From Antedon mediterranea (taxonomy: Eukaryota; Animalia; Echinodermata), in the NCBI RefSeq assembly GCF_964355755.1, contig NC_092670.1, positions 18,648,795-18,712,794 on the forward strand: a stretch of DNA of 64,000 bases, written 5' to 3'. The position numbers and the translations under genes are program-made. Of the stretch, positions 12,101 through 20,290 are shown piece after piece (within the stretch, counting starts at the first letter, position 1; every line of letters begins with the position of its first letter). The notes under the pieces are model-generated. The model ran no database searches. It worked only from the letters and a program-made list of their open reading frames with translations, and was not told where the DNA came from.

Positions 12101-13235
12101 GCTAAGTCAGTGTTTGCCATTGATTCTCACAGTAAGTACTCAACTGATAAGAAATAAACTAAACTAGAGTAGAACACCTCCTTTCAGAAACTTCTATTCA
12201 AGGCACACCCCTTTTAAGTGGACACTTTCCTGTGAAACAAACAAGGAGAAATAGAAGTCAATACTTTTTTGTGAAACAAACGGTCAATATATGTTTTAAG
12301 CTATGACCAACCCCTATTCAGGTGACACCCTAGGAACTCTTTCTTGGGTCCCTTAATAGAGGCTCTATTGTAAGTCACTGGTTGTTGCTTTATTTATTCA
12401 TTTTGTAATTATCTGATTGATTGACCTGATTGTTCTTGTCTAGTGAACTTGTGGTATAGACTGGATATTACACCAACTTTTCCTGAAGGAACAAAGTGGA
12501 TCCATGTTTGTCAAAAAGTCCGGAAGGTTTCTGTCGGACCAAAAGACCAGGTAAACTTTCTAAGCTTAAAGAAAAACAAATGGTATTAGCGTATGGTAGC
12601 TTATTTATTTCTCCTGATAAAATGATGGCCGTGTTAATGGTTTGTAATGAAGTTATGATTTTTTTAATCATGCAGGTATGGATCTTGGCAGATTATGTGG
12701 ATGGAGGACGTGGCGTGATCTGTCGAAGGGAAGGAATAAACTCAGCAAAACCTGGGGGAACTGCTTGGGACAAGGGAGCAGGGGTATGTCACAAGTTTAG
12801 TCAAGAAATATTTGACATTTTTATTATTATTTCATTGAGTTTTTTTTCCATTTCATTTATTTCGTCAATTTTAAAACATGATTAAAACAATACATATAAA
12901 GATAACAAACCCATGACAGAGACAGGATTAAACAAAAGCAAACTTAATTTCTGTACGTCACAGGTGTCATCTAATTTGCATAATTACAAAACTCTTGAAA
13001 TACATTTCAAAATTATGTGATCTAGGATAACATCCAATGATACAGTACATGATAAAACTTCACTTCATTCCTGCAGGGTGGAATTATTCATCTTTCAATA
13101 CGAGGCTGCACCAAAGAGAGCGGACCACAGGTCAAAGTTGAAGACATTGCCAAGGCAACAATTCATGGTACTAACATCGAGGACCAAACTGATATTCCTG
13201 TATACACCAGTGGTAAAGATAATGCTCTCTGTTGA
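1..13235 (+). CDS. TECPR1: Tectonin beta-propeller repeat-containing protein 1, multi-exon gene, 5' end outside window
   Basis: GT-AG exons with consistent phases: 1-129, 269-457, 794-922, 2187-2309, 3036-3216, 3511-3608, 3999-4121, 4396-5515, 6158-6288, 6443-6598, 6881-7030, 7434-7579, 8087-8214, 8336-8438, 8750-8846, 8941-9020, 11315-11371, 11534-11708, 11903-12131, 12444-12550, 12676-12783, 13077-13235 (TGA). The translation follows human TECPR1 as I recall it: FKRISA..YENQRWNP, DKKWNSCVRRRKWIRYRRY, DVWAKV (LIR), AWRWLVLRRLQERRIKE (AIR), PH domain, second YENQRWNP DysF, VSVGPKDQVW. Confidence 0.96.
269..457 (+). CDS. TECPR1: TECPR1 exon, N-terminal DysF
   Basis: RWNPIHGFSPRSLFPTDRNPWSNETG..HWSWEGDWYIDENIRGQPTGRG; AG/GT flanks. 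Confidence 0.93.
794..922 (+). CDS. TECPR1: TECPR1 exon, DysF end and LIR
   Basis: GWQYAVNFNANDRYTADKKWNSCVRRRKWIRYRRYTAMDVWAK. Confidence 0.93.
2187..2309 (+). CDS. TECPR1: TECPR1 exon
   Basis: VPSLHPDPVEEPFMDLAVGGYELAGQPEGFLTVWTITALGK. Confidence 0.92.
2498..2692. mobile_element. MITE with about 50-bp imperfect TIRs, PIF/Harbinger-like
   Basis: AGGATCATGT..CTGCAGTAACTACATT / AATGTAGTTACTGCAG..ATATGGTCCT; TTA on both flanks. Confidence 0.7.
3036..3216 (+). CDS. TECPR1: TECPR1 exon, tectonin repeats
   Basis: VFCRHGINKKSPEGIKWVEI..ISVGPSGIVWGVTWDG..RIGVSRDHPF. Confidence 0.92.
3332..3456. mobile_element. MITE family A copy (TIR AGCTCTGTCTACACTATCAAACT)
   Basis: TCTGTCTACACTATCAAACT..AGTTTGATAGTGTAGACAGAGCT; internally deleted. 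Confidence 0.85.
3511..3608 (+). CDS. TECPR1: TECPR1 exon
   Basis: GTRWEYVQPPPDIRICQVTVGSTALWAISTNYK. Confidence 0.92.
3999..4121 (+). CDS. TECPR1: TECPR1 exon
   Basis: VWFRTEFDAKKALLDKRYATGDSWVLMVGRMSSISLGPNDQ. Confidence 0.92.
4168..4329. mobile_element. MITE, PIF/Harbinger-like
   Basis: AGGCCAATTTACACAGAC..GTCTGTGTAAATGGGCCT; TTA on both flanks. Confidence 0.75.
4396..5515 (+). CDS. TECPR1: TECPR1 large exon: tectonin repeat end plus acidic disordered linker
   Basis: Starts VWAIGLENRVVHFRLNVTQSEPSGREW, D/N/E/S-rich middle, ends LKWVAISGGGC..WFQS; 1120 bp, phase-1 donor GTAAG at 5516. Confidence 0.93.
5576..5616 (+). ncRNA. Degenerate minimal type I hammerhead ribozyme motif (Penelope-like element remnant)
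   Basis: TTGCA-CTGATGA-A-GGGC tagtgtt GCTC-AAAA-GCT-C-TGC; the core GAAA reads AAAA. Confidence 0.5.
5777..6108. repeat. 27-bp tandem repeat (TATGGGATTATATCTCAGACATTTGRG)
   Basis: About 12 diverged units directly upstream of the AIR exon. Confidence 0.9.
6158..6288 (+). CDS. TECPR1: TECPR1 exon, ATG5-interacting region
   Basis: EEGAWRWLVLRRLQERRIKETAKFEHYERAVER. Confidence 0.93.
6443..6598 (+). CDS. TECPR1: TECPR1 exon, PH domain
   Basis: SSWVKVGRMQYVTEGRRRQWVDCTIELE..HYTIYGKSR. Confidence 0.9.
6881..7030 (+). CDS. TECPR1: TECPR1 exon, PH domain
   Basis: HIQYLLSEITCVLEVNNSDRPAFGIYT..PIKIRGNSHKEVKEW. Confidence 0.9.
7253..7355. mobile_element. MITE family A copy
   Basis: Family A TIRs, deleted interior. 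Confidence 0.8.
7434..7579 (+). CDS. TECPR1: TECPR1 exon
   Basis: IAAMSLACCEVRGLHGPPSNRAAWFVSCRGDVFVHE. Confidence 0.9.
7691..8035 (+). mobile_element. 5'-truncated CR1/L2-group LINE: ORF2 C-terminus, 3'UTR and A-rich tail
   Basis: 7691-7864 reads VTRIWNNLPSEIRNLNISVSSFKTKLL..WSLSCRCFYCRT-stop; then a hairpin (AGGTG..CACCT) and an (AAAT)n/A tail. Confidence 0.8.
8087..8214 (+). CDS. TECPR1: TECPR1 exon
   Basis: FWRQIGGHMAIVESCAAGVVWAIGMDHTPWVYTGGYGGGIFK. Confidence 0.93.
8336..8438 (+). CDS. TECPR1: TECPR1 exon, start of second DysF
   Basis: IDSSTVGINTQTDTKNIYIYENQRWNPIEGFSY. Confidence 0.93.
8750..8846 (+). CDS. TECPR1: TECPR1 exon, second DysF
   Basis: GFPTDRYTWSNESGRQDCSKDKVNPPSQHWNW. 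Confidence 0.93.
8941..9020 (+). CDS. TECPR1: TECPR1 exon, second DysF
   Basis: ITDWSVDFNISGGTDPEGWQYSRDFK; phase-2 donor. Confidence 0.92.
9062..9168. mobile_element. MITE family A copy
   Basis: Family A TIRs; TAA on both flanks. Confidence 0.88.
10226..10372. mobile_element. MITE family A copy
   Basis: Family A TIRs; TAA on both flanks. Confidence 0.88.
10665..10772 (+). CDS. TECPR1: Candidate alternative cassette exon of TECPR1
   Basis: CAG acceptor at 10662-10664, GTGAGT donor at 10773; 108 bp, phase 2/2, stop-free (ENDMSFMSFGIPMYSAAFNIMPKKMRSKASTRAYS); GC-richer than the surrounding intron; no homology support. Confidence 0.5.
11315..11371 (+). CDS. TECPR1: TECPR1 exon, end of second DysF
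   Basis: TFHKEKNWRDVVRRRRWV; 57 bp, phase 2/2. Confidence 0.9.
11534..11708 (+). CDS. TECPR1: TECPR1 exon
   Basis: KCQLVTTGPWQVAG..IALWAVAANGDVITRLGVTKQCPK. Confidence 0.93.
11903..12131 (+). CDS. TECPR1: TECPR1 exon
   Basis: GVSWQHIPTDQPFQAITIGGRYQIWGLGRDGSAFYRNGVTQSNPVGSAWFHV..VFAIDSH. Confidence 0.94.
12167..12372. mobile_element. Degenerate pogo/Tc1-like MITE (CTATTCAGGGGACAC family)
   Basis: GAGTAGAAC..CTATTCAAGGCACAC..CTATTCAGGTGACAC..AGAGGCTCTATTGTA; related remnants near 6716-6850, 14150-14225 and 35720-35992. Confidence 0.55.
12444..12550 (+). CDS. TECPR1: TECPR1 exon
   Basis: NLWYRLDITPTFPEGTKWIHVCQKVRKVSVGPKDQ. Confidence 0.93.
12676..12783 (+). CDS. TECPR1: TECPR1 exon
   Basis: VWILADYVDGGRGVICRREGINSAKPGGTAWDKGAG. 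Confidence 0.93.
13077..13235 (+). CDS. TECPR1: TECPR1 last coding exon
   Basis: GGIIHLSIRGCTKESG..SGKDNALC-stop (TGA 13233-13235). Confidence 0.88.
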   Translation, partial: GGIIHLSIRGCTKESGPQVKVEDIAKATIHGTNIEDQTDIPVYTSGKDNALC

Positions 13236-13316
13236 GCAATAACATTACTTGATTCTTGAACAAAAAACATCAAATAATGCGGTGCGTTAGTGCAACAAAT
13301 AGGGACCTTTCGATAA

Positions 13317-13460
13317 AGCTCTGTCTACACATCAAATTATATGTGACAAAAAATTGTGATGTGCCCAAATATGTTAGTGATATGCCTAAATATGGTACTG
13401 ATATATATTGGCACATCACATTTTTTTTGTCACATAAAGTTTGATAGTGTAGACAGAGCT
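13317..13460. mobile_element. MITE family A copy in probable TECPR1 3'UTR
   Basis: Family A TIRs about 80 bp after the stop codon; TAA/TTA flanks. Confidence 0.88.
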
Positions 13461-13538
13461 TTAGTAGTTAAGTCATATGTTAACCATTGTGTGCATACAC
13501 TGCCATGAGAGGAGTTGTGTCACCTTTTTCACACAATT

Positions 13539-13675
13539 CAATGGCGGATCCAGGATTTTGAAATAGTGGGGGTCCAGGGCCTAAAATGGTAAAATGAAGT
13601 GCTGAACCTAATGTCTTGAATTATAAATTGGAACCGCTTATGCTGACGCAGTTTTTCACAGTTTTTAGATCCAGA
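13539..13675. mobile_element. hAT-like non-autonomous fragment
   Basis: CAATGGCGGATCCAGGATTTTGAAATAG..CCAGGG.CTAAAA..AAATGAAGTG.TGAACC; a related copy lies at 54465-54545. Confidence 0.5.
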
Positions 13676-14286
13676 TGATGATAATTCGAAAGCTCTCTAC
13701 TACTATTCCATTTTGTCAATCAATCATTTCTTTAACCATTCATTCATGTATTCAATCTGGTATTCATTTATATAATTTATCTAATTAAATAAATGTCCTC
13801 ACACATCTTCATTATTTTGCACAATTAACAAATTTATATTTCAAATGAATATCTGATGATACATATTCATACACTACGGTACAATACATACTGTATTCAT
13901 ACACTATGGTAAAATACATATTTATACACTATGCACCTAATAATAGAACTGGGATGTTGGAAAGAAGGCCTAGTATTAAGATAATAAATACTTTGCTTTA
14001 CTGGCCCTTTTTTCAGTACTAGATAAGAAAATTGTTTATTTTATAATTAATTTAGCTAATATAGAATTCATTGAATTGAATTAATTGTATTCAGATAAAC
14101 TTATGAAATAATTTATATAATATAATCAGTTTAATTTGTATGTGTTAAAACATATATTTCCCCTCGTACATTTCATGTGAAAGTGTCCTCTTAATAGGGA
14201 AGTCCAAAAAAAAAAAGTTTCTACTTTTTATGAAGAGAAGATTGCAAATTCATATTCTCCATGGATTCAAGATTGTAATTGTTTGA

Positions 14287-14625
14287 AGATGTATTGTCCC
14301 CCTGAAAAATAATTTTTTACATTTTTTTTATGCATATGCCATTTTGATGTCACATAATACTTTTACCAAAAATTGGACCTAAACAAAATTTATTTACTTG
14401 AAAAAACTGTAATTAAAAGCAAAAAATGGCTCAATTGACTTCCAGCCAATAGATTTTTGATTGAATTTAACCATTTATTATGTTATTTTATAAGTGAAAA
14501 CATTATTTGTTTCGTTTTTTTTTCTTCTACGGAAGTGATCAACTTTATTAAATCTACAAAATAACCTAATAAAAGTCTGATTTAATCAATCTTCATTTTT
14601 AATATTTTTGGGGGACAATACATCT
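14287..14625. mobile_element. MITE with TTAA-type target, Kolobok-like
   Basis: AGATGTATTGTCCCCC..GGGGGACAATACATCT; flanks TTGA / TTAA. Confidence 0.75.
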
Positions 14626-16896
14626 TTAACAGAATATTAATAGGGTTCCCCACTAGCTACACATCTGGGCATTGCAAGTGATTTGACCAATCACAATTAA
14701 GAACGTCACTCCACGTGATTGCCCTACTCATTACCATAGTGCAGGCGCGTAGCTAGTCTACCAGTTTCATGATTTATTTATTAGCAATATATGTACACAT
14801 TTTCATATATATTTTATTGTATAAAAGATATCTTATGTGTGTAATGCGCACTTAAATTGATTAGTACTGGTGGCTGTTAAAAATACAGTTAAGAGAATAA
14901 ACCGCCTGAATATATTTTTGTGTCTGTAATTGCTGTGTATTATATTAAAAATAACGACTGTTATTTGTGTGTAGCACACATAATGCGACATTTTCCAGCA
15001 CTTTGTAGTTGCTACCTTATTAACATCTTGCCACTTTTAATTTCCACGTGCCCAGTAGACCGTGTCACAGTGTAGACTGTAGCAACAATGAACGCTAACA
15101 ACTGTGTTGCCACTTCCAATGCGATTTATTTATTTCAATACCTAGAAATCATAAGTACGGTGATTTCTTTTATTCAAACTTTTCTAGCACTTTTTAACAC
15201 CAGTTTTGTGTCGTCATCTCCAGCAAAAACTAATACTACGACAGAACACGGTCTTACAACGTAAACTAATATTGTATAGTGTGGAAACAATGAACAAACA
15301 AATGTTAATATGTTGCAACTGTCTCCCCCTTTACACCGCCGTAACTTTTTACGTCGTTTACACCGGCCTACATTTTCGCATTCCTGCGTCCCGGGTTACA
15401 CAATTCCGGATCAACTCCGCATTTTTTGCTGGCGTTGTATTTTATATTTCTTTATACCATAACGTATGTTACGGTTTGTTTTATTAATACTTTTCCAGCA
15501 GGATCTGGTTTTGTTTCTGGTGTTTCATTATGAGCAAATTAGTTAGGTTGTTAATAGTTGACAATCGAGGCTGTCTGCAAATTGTTAATATAATGACTAA
15601 TTGATGTTAATTTTCCCTCGGTTTGTCGTCGTACGGAAATCCTTTAAAATGTCACAGTAGTCGGTATTCACTCATTTATTCGGTGTTCGGATGTGTTCAT
15701 TCCAGTTCACTTGTTAGTAAAAATATCGTCTGCCACAATTTAGTTACGTCATCTCCGTCCCCAAATAAGGAAACCCTTAGTGAATAGTACGCACTTCTTT
15801 TATTTAGGAACTGTCAATTGTTTATATCTACAGTGTTGTGCATTATCAATGACTTTACAACGATCTTTTTAATATTATATTATTCAATAGAAATTAGCAA
15901 ATGTAATACCAAATGCATTGATACTACACCGTTGTACAAATGTTACGGGAGTTTGTAAGTGTTGGAAATATCATTCATTGCATTGGAAACCTTATCTCTG
16001 TATCTTGCCACGGAGAACGTTCAGTCGGGTTTCCAAGCTCCAAACAAAACCCCGAGACAACGGATTTAACATAAGTTAGGTAAGTTAATTAATTAGTAAA
16101 ATATTATTACTGTTTGCGGACCTCTTTGCCAAAATCTCACAGACGATCCATTTTAGATTATTTCATCGAATTCCACACTTGGGTTCAACAGCCAGTGGTT
16201 CAGAAGTCTTCGGTATGTTTTCTTTATGTTGGTTGGTATGAGAAGTATAGTTGATATATAATAAGAGTATATAATTTATTAATTGTATAAATAATATTCC
16301 AAATTAATGTTAGGGAAGAATTGTAAACTCAACTCAACAAAGAAAAAAAAAAGGAATATGGGTTTGAACTCAATTATTAGATATAAAGAATGATGACAAT
16401 TCCGATTGTTGTCTTTTCGTCTATCAGTCTAGTACCGTAATATCCCAAATAACATTATTTTACCGCCGATCAGTTTCCGGACGTGATTCTCATTTTCAAT
16501 CTTTTGTTCTCGCTGAGTAATTTAACATGACATAATTAAAGACTTGTATTTATCTTTTACATGTACTACTACAAACCAATGGAATTCATAATAGTTCAAT
16601 GTTCGTAGTGTAATTAGTGATGTATTAGTACCAACGACCAACAGTCGTCACACCTTACAGGGTATAGGCCTAAACATTGTATCTGTGGATTAAACTTTTA
16701 CATTCATTTTAACCTATCAACTAATATTAATGGGCAAACGTGTCATTTATATCTATGCATACCGTTAATGATCGATTAAACACCTGAGTAGAATAAACAT
16801 CGAATTGTTCGATCATTTCACGGTAAAACCAACTACAACGATATACGTTATTGCGTTTCAGTTGATGTATGCCTATGTAATGCTTTTTTAAACAAA

Positions 16897-17173
16897 ATGA
16901 ACAACGGCGTATCCAGTAGTCATCTTGTATTGCCACACAAATACGCGATGGGTGAACCACACTCTTACATGGTAACAGAGGTGTTAACAGAAGTTGATGC
17001 CATGCCGGATAATGGTGGTATGTCACAAAATGGACATTTAAAATGGAAGATAAACGAACCTAAAGAAGTCCTTAATGAAAACGGCAAACGGATATATTTG
17101 AAATTGTTTGGTAAACTTGTTATCAGTTTGGTTTGTGGAATTGTATTTGGATTTGCTATGGAAAAGGGAAGAG
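16897..17173 (+). CDS. YeeE/YedE gene coding exon 1
   Basis: MNNGVSS..KLVISLVCGIVFGFAMEKGR; an acceptor-like TTTCAG at 16856-16861 suggests an upstream non-coding exon. Confidence 0.85.
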
Positions 17174-20100
17174 GTATGTAAAAATATATTAGATATATCG
17201 AGTATCTTCAAATCATCTCCAAAATCTAATACGTATCGTCAAAATCATTATCATTTCATCATCATAATCGTAATCCACAACCACAGCCTATTATCTCAAC
17301 AGTCATTCTCATCTCACACTTTGTATGCAGTCTTTCGTCAAGGTTTTTGAATGAGATCATTCTGATCTCTCCCTCTACAGTCATTCAAGGCTGCGACGCT
17401 ACTCATAATTCTTGCTAAGATATTTCAAGTTAATTCTTATTTCTAATTTCAGTCTTTGATCCCAGGGTCATCAGAGGTCAGTTCATCTTTACTAAATTCG
17501 TAATGCTCAAGATGTTTCTGGCAGCAGGAGTAATGAGTCTTTTTCTAATGGGGATCCTCTCTGTCATTCCACAAACAAAGACCTTACTTCAGGTAACAAG
17601 GATATCTCTTGTCTCAACTTACAGTACTAAGGGACTTCTTACAACAACTGCTGGTGGATTTATTTTGGGTGTTGGAATGCAACTTTCAGGATCGGTAAGT
17701 TTTAATAAAAGACAATAATAGATAAGAAACTGTAACAAAAATCCTATATTCCGAACAAAATTGCTACTGCATTTTAAACTATTATCTTCCTCGTCACTAT
17801 TGTCAATTTATAAAGGCCTATTATTTACACAGGGCGATAATTCGATCGACGATAAATAGATAAACATACCTACATAGCAAAACTCTTGGATGAAAACTTG
17901 TTAGATTTCGTTTGTGTTATGTATGAAAAAATGCATATTTATCTTTTATCGTCGATCGTTATCGTCCTAGTGTAAATGGAAATAAAACTAAATTGTGGTA
18001 CAGTATTTTGGTATATCGCTAACATTTTAATGATAACCATTTTTTTTTGTATTGTTCTAGTGTCCTGCAATGGTCTTAGTGCAAGTTGGGACGGCAGTTG
18101 GGAATGGCAGTGCATGTAAGTTAAAAAGAGAATATGTCCTAAACAGTGTATTCCAATAAATACACTTTTCGTCTATGAATGAGGGCAATATAAACATACG
18201 ATTCATACAGAGAGTTGGTGTGCAATATCTAAAATAGTAAAATGTTTGTTGTTTGTTTTTATAGGTGTGACTCTGGTAGCTGGATTACTCGGTGCATTCG
18301 TGTATGGTTTAGTTGAACCCTATCTTACTAAGTTACTGTCACCAAAGAAACCACTCAATAGATTGTTGTAAGTTAAGAGATGGGTTTTACCCTGCTTTGA
18401 ATGGCCTATAGCTGTAGCAGAAGTTTTTCTACGTTTTAAATTTTTCTGTAGGCCTACTTATAATAGCGAATTTATCGACCGTATAGTCTACTCAACCGAT
18501 GAAGTTATCATTCAGAATTTGTCTGTATGTGTATATTACATGCCTATTGGAATGAAAGAAAATCGGTTCATTAATAACTTCACAATTAAAAATAAAGAAT
18601 AATTGTATTCTTTTAACATGGGCTGAAATATCAACATGCGCCCTCTGTAGCAATATTTTGCCAAGTACTTCACTCGGTTTCTGAGTGCTTTCATTTATTT
18701 ATGGTCTTTTCTCCACATTTGGTTATTTCTTATATTATAACTGAATAGGCTAACTAAGTTAATAAACTTAATTAAGAGTTTGCTTCCACTCTAGGTTGGA
18801 TGATTATCTACCCATTCCGTTTTTTGTGTTGACTTCTGCTGTTGGTTTTCTAATGGTGGCCGCTGTCGTCGGCCTTGAGTTTGCATATCCGTGGAAGGAA
18901 GAAGTACAAGTGAGTATGCAAAGTATTAGTTATCCACCTTGAAATAATATCCTAGGCATATAATTAGACACCAACTCGTATGTATTTTAGGAAGTCCATC
19001 CGTCTTATGGGGTTTGCCCTTCAACATTTCGTTTTTTTTTGTTTACAGATCGGAAATGAAACAGTTGGTTGTTTATTTTCTGAATTTGCGTGGCCTCCAT
19101 ACGTAAGTGGTAAGTGAAAAGTACCGTACTATTCAAGCTTTGGTTTTAAAAATCTATTCATTCATTTCGTTTTATTTCACACTTGATAAGTTGTTACAGA
19201 TTAATTGTTCTACAATTGTGTAGAAAACTGTAACAAAAAACATTGCTAACGTTCAGACCCAAAATGGTGATTTTAGAGTGACATAATTTGTTGCCATTTA
19301 TAGGAGTTATAATTGGTTGTCTTCAAGTACCACTCATCCTTTTTATTGGAAACACAATTGGCGGAAGTCAGAGCTATTGTACAATAGTTTCTCAACTACT
19401 ATTTACTGAGCGACTGAGGGCAATATCACCGTATCTTTCTCCCTATGCAAGAGGAATTGGTAATTGGTGGCAGGTAACTATGATAGCCCATTAGTGTCAT
19501 GTCATTATATACGAACGTATGTTACTTATGGGCCACCGTAGTATCTATAGGCCTAGTGCGATGAACGAAGAAACGATATGATAGTGTATGATACTGTGTT
19601 ATGAAAGATGGCAAGAAAGATAATGCCATGGCCGGACGAAAGACGGTTTTAGATTTTTCAATTTTTCTCATCTAATTCTTCATTTCAGGTGTTTTATGTC
19701 ATTGGGGCAATTCTTGGAGGTCTTTTCTCTGCACTGGCGTCTGACTCGATAGCATCTGTTCCTGGGGTTGGCTACGCCTTTTCTTTTGTTGGCGGGTTTT
19801 GTTGTATTTTTGGAGCCCGCTTGGCTGCTGGATGCACTAGGTATGTTACCATCGACCTCATCACCACCACCATCATCATTACCAGACCATGATCATAATG
19901 ATGTAATTTTGTCGCATTTATATTGTCGCATCTCTAAAGATCTGTCTACACTATCAAACTTTATGTGACAACAAAGTGATGTGCCCATATTATAATGGAA
20001 TGATGATGTCATATTACTACCATATTTGGGAATATCACTATCATATTTGGGCACATCCCACTGTTTTGTCAAATTAGTTTGATAGTGTAGACAGAGCTTT

Positions 20101-20290
20101 AGGGATACGCACCGACCATTGTCATCAGATTTGATTTGTTTTCTTTTACAGTGGACATGGTTTATCTGGAATTGGAAGTCTGTCCCTTCTTTCGTTCGCA
20201 GCGGTACCATCAATGTTTGCCGGCGGCATCAGCGCCGGTTTTATCATGAAGTTCTCCGTTGGAAATATTGATGATTATTACAGTATATAA
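16897..20290 (+). CDS. YeeE/YedE family (thiosulfate transporter TsuA-like) membrane protein, 9 coding exons, 437 aa
   Basis: Exons 16897-17173, 17453-17694, 18061-18115, 18265-18367, 18795-18909, 19049-19109, 19304-19473, 19689-19840, 20152-20290 join in frame (1314 bp, no internal stop). Motifs GIVFGFAMEKGRVFDP, GGFILGVGMQLSGSCPA, WPPYVSG, FGARLAAGCTSGHGLSG and many Gly-rich hydrophobic helices are YeeE/YedE signatures. The start codon is the least certain part. Confidence 0.92.
17453..17694 (+). CDS. YeeE/YedE gene coding exon 2
   Basis: FDPRVIRGQFIFTKFVMLKMFLAAG..GGFILGVGMQLSGS. Confidence 0.92.
17814..17980. mobile_element. Degenerate Harbinger-like MITE in YeeE/YedE intron 2
   Basis: ATTTACAC.AGGGCGATAA..CGATCGACGATAAA / TTTATCGTCGATCGTTATCGTCCTAGTGTAAAT inverted arms. 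Confidence 0.65.
18061..18115 (+). CDS. YeeE/YedE gene coding exon 3
   Basis: CPAMVLVQVGTAVGNGSA. Confidence 0.88.
18265..18367 (+). CDS. YeeE/YedE gene coding exon 4
   Basis: VTLVAGLLGAFVYGLVEPYLTKLLSPKKPLNRL. Confidence 0.88.
18795..18909 (+). CDS. YeeE/YedE gene coding exon 5
   Basis: LDDYLPIPFFVLTSAVGFLMVAAVVGLEFAYPWKEEVQ. Confidence 0.88.
19049..19109 (+). CDS. YeeE/YedE gene coding exon 6
   Basis: IGNETVGCLFSEFAWPPYVS; the donor at 19110 keeps the frame. Confidence 0.85.
19304..19473 (+). CDS. YeeE/YedE gene coding exon 7
   Basis: VIIGCLQVPLILFIGNTIGGSQSYCTIVSQ..GIGNWWQ. Confidence 0.92.
19689..19840 (+). CDS. YeeE/YedE gene coding exon 8
   Basis: VFYVIGAILGGLFSALAS..GGFCCIFGARLAAGCT. 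Confidence 0.93.
19938..20098. mobile_element. MITE family A copy in last YeeE/YedE intron
   Basis: Near full length; TAA/TTA flanks. Confidence 0.88.
20152..20290 (+). CDS. YeeE/YedE gene last coding exon
   Basis: GHGLSGIGSLSLLSFAAVPSMFAGGISAGFIMKFSVGNIDDYYSI-stop; AATAAA at 20436 and 20462. Confidence 0.92.
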
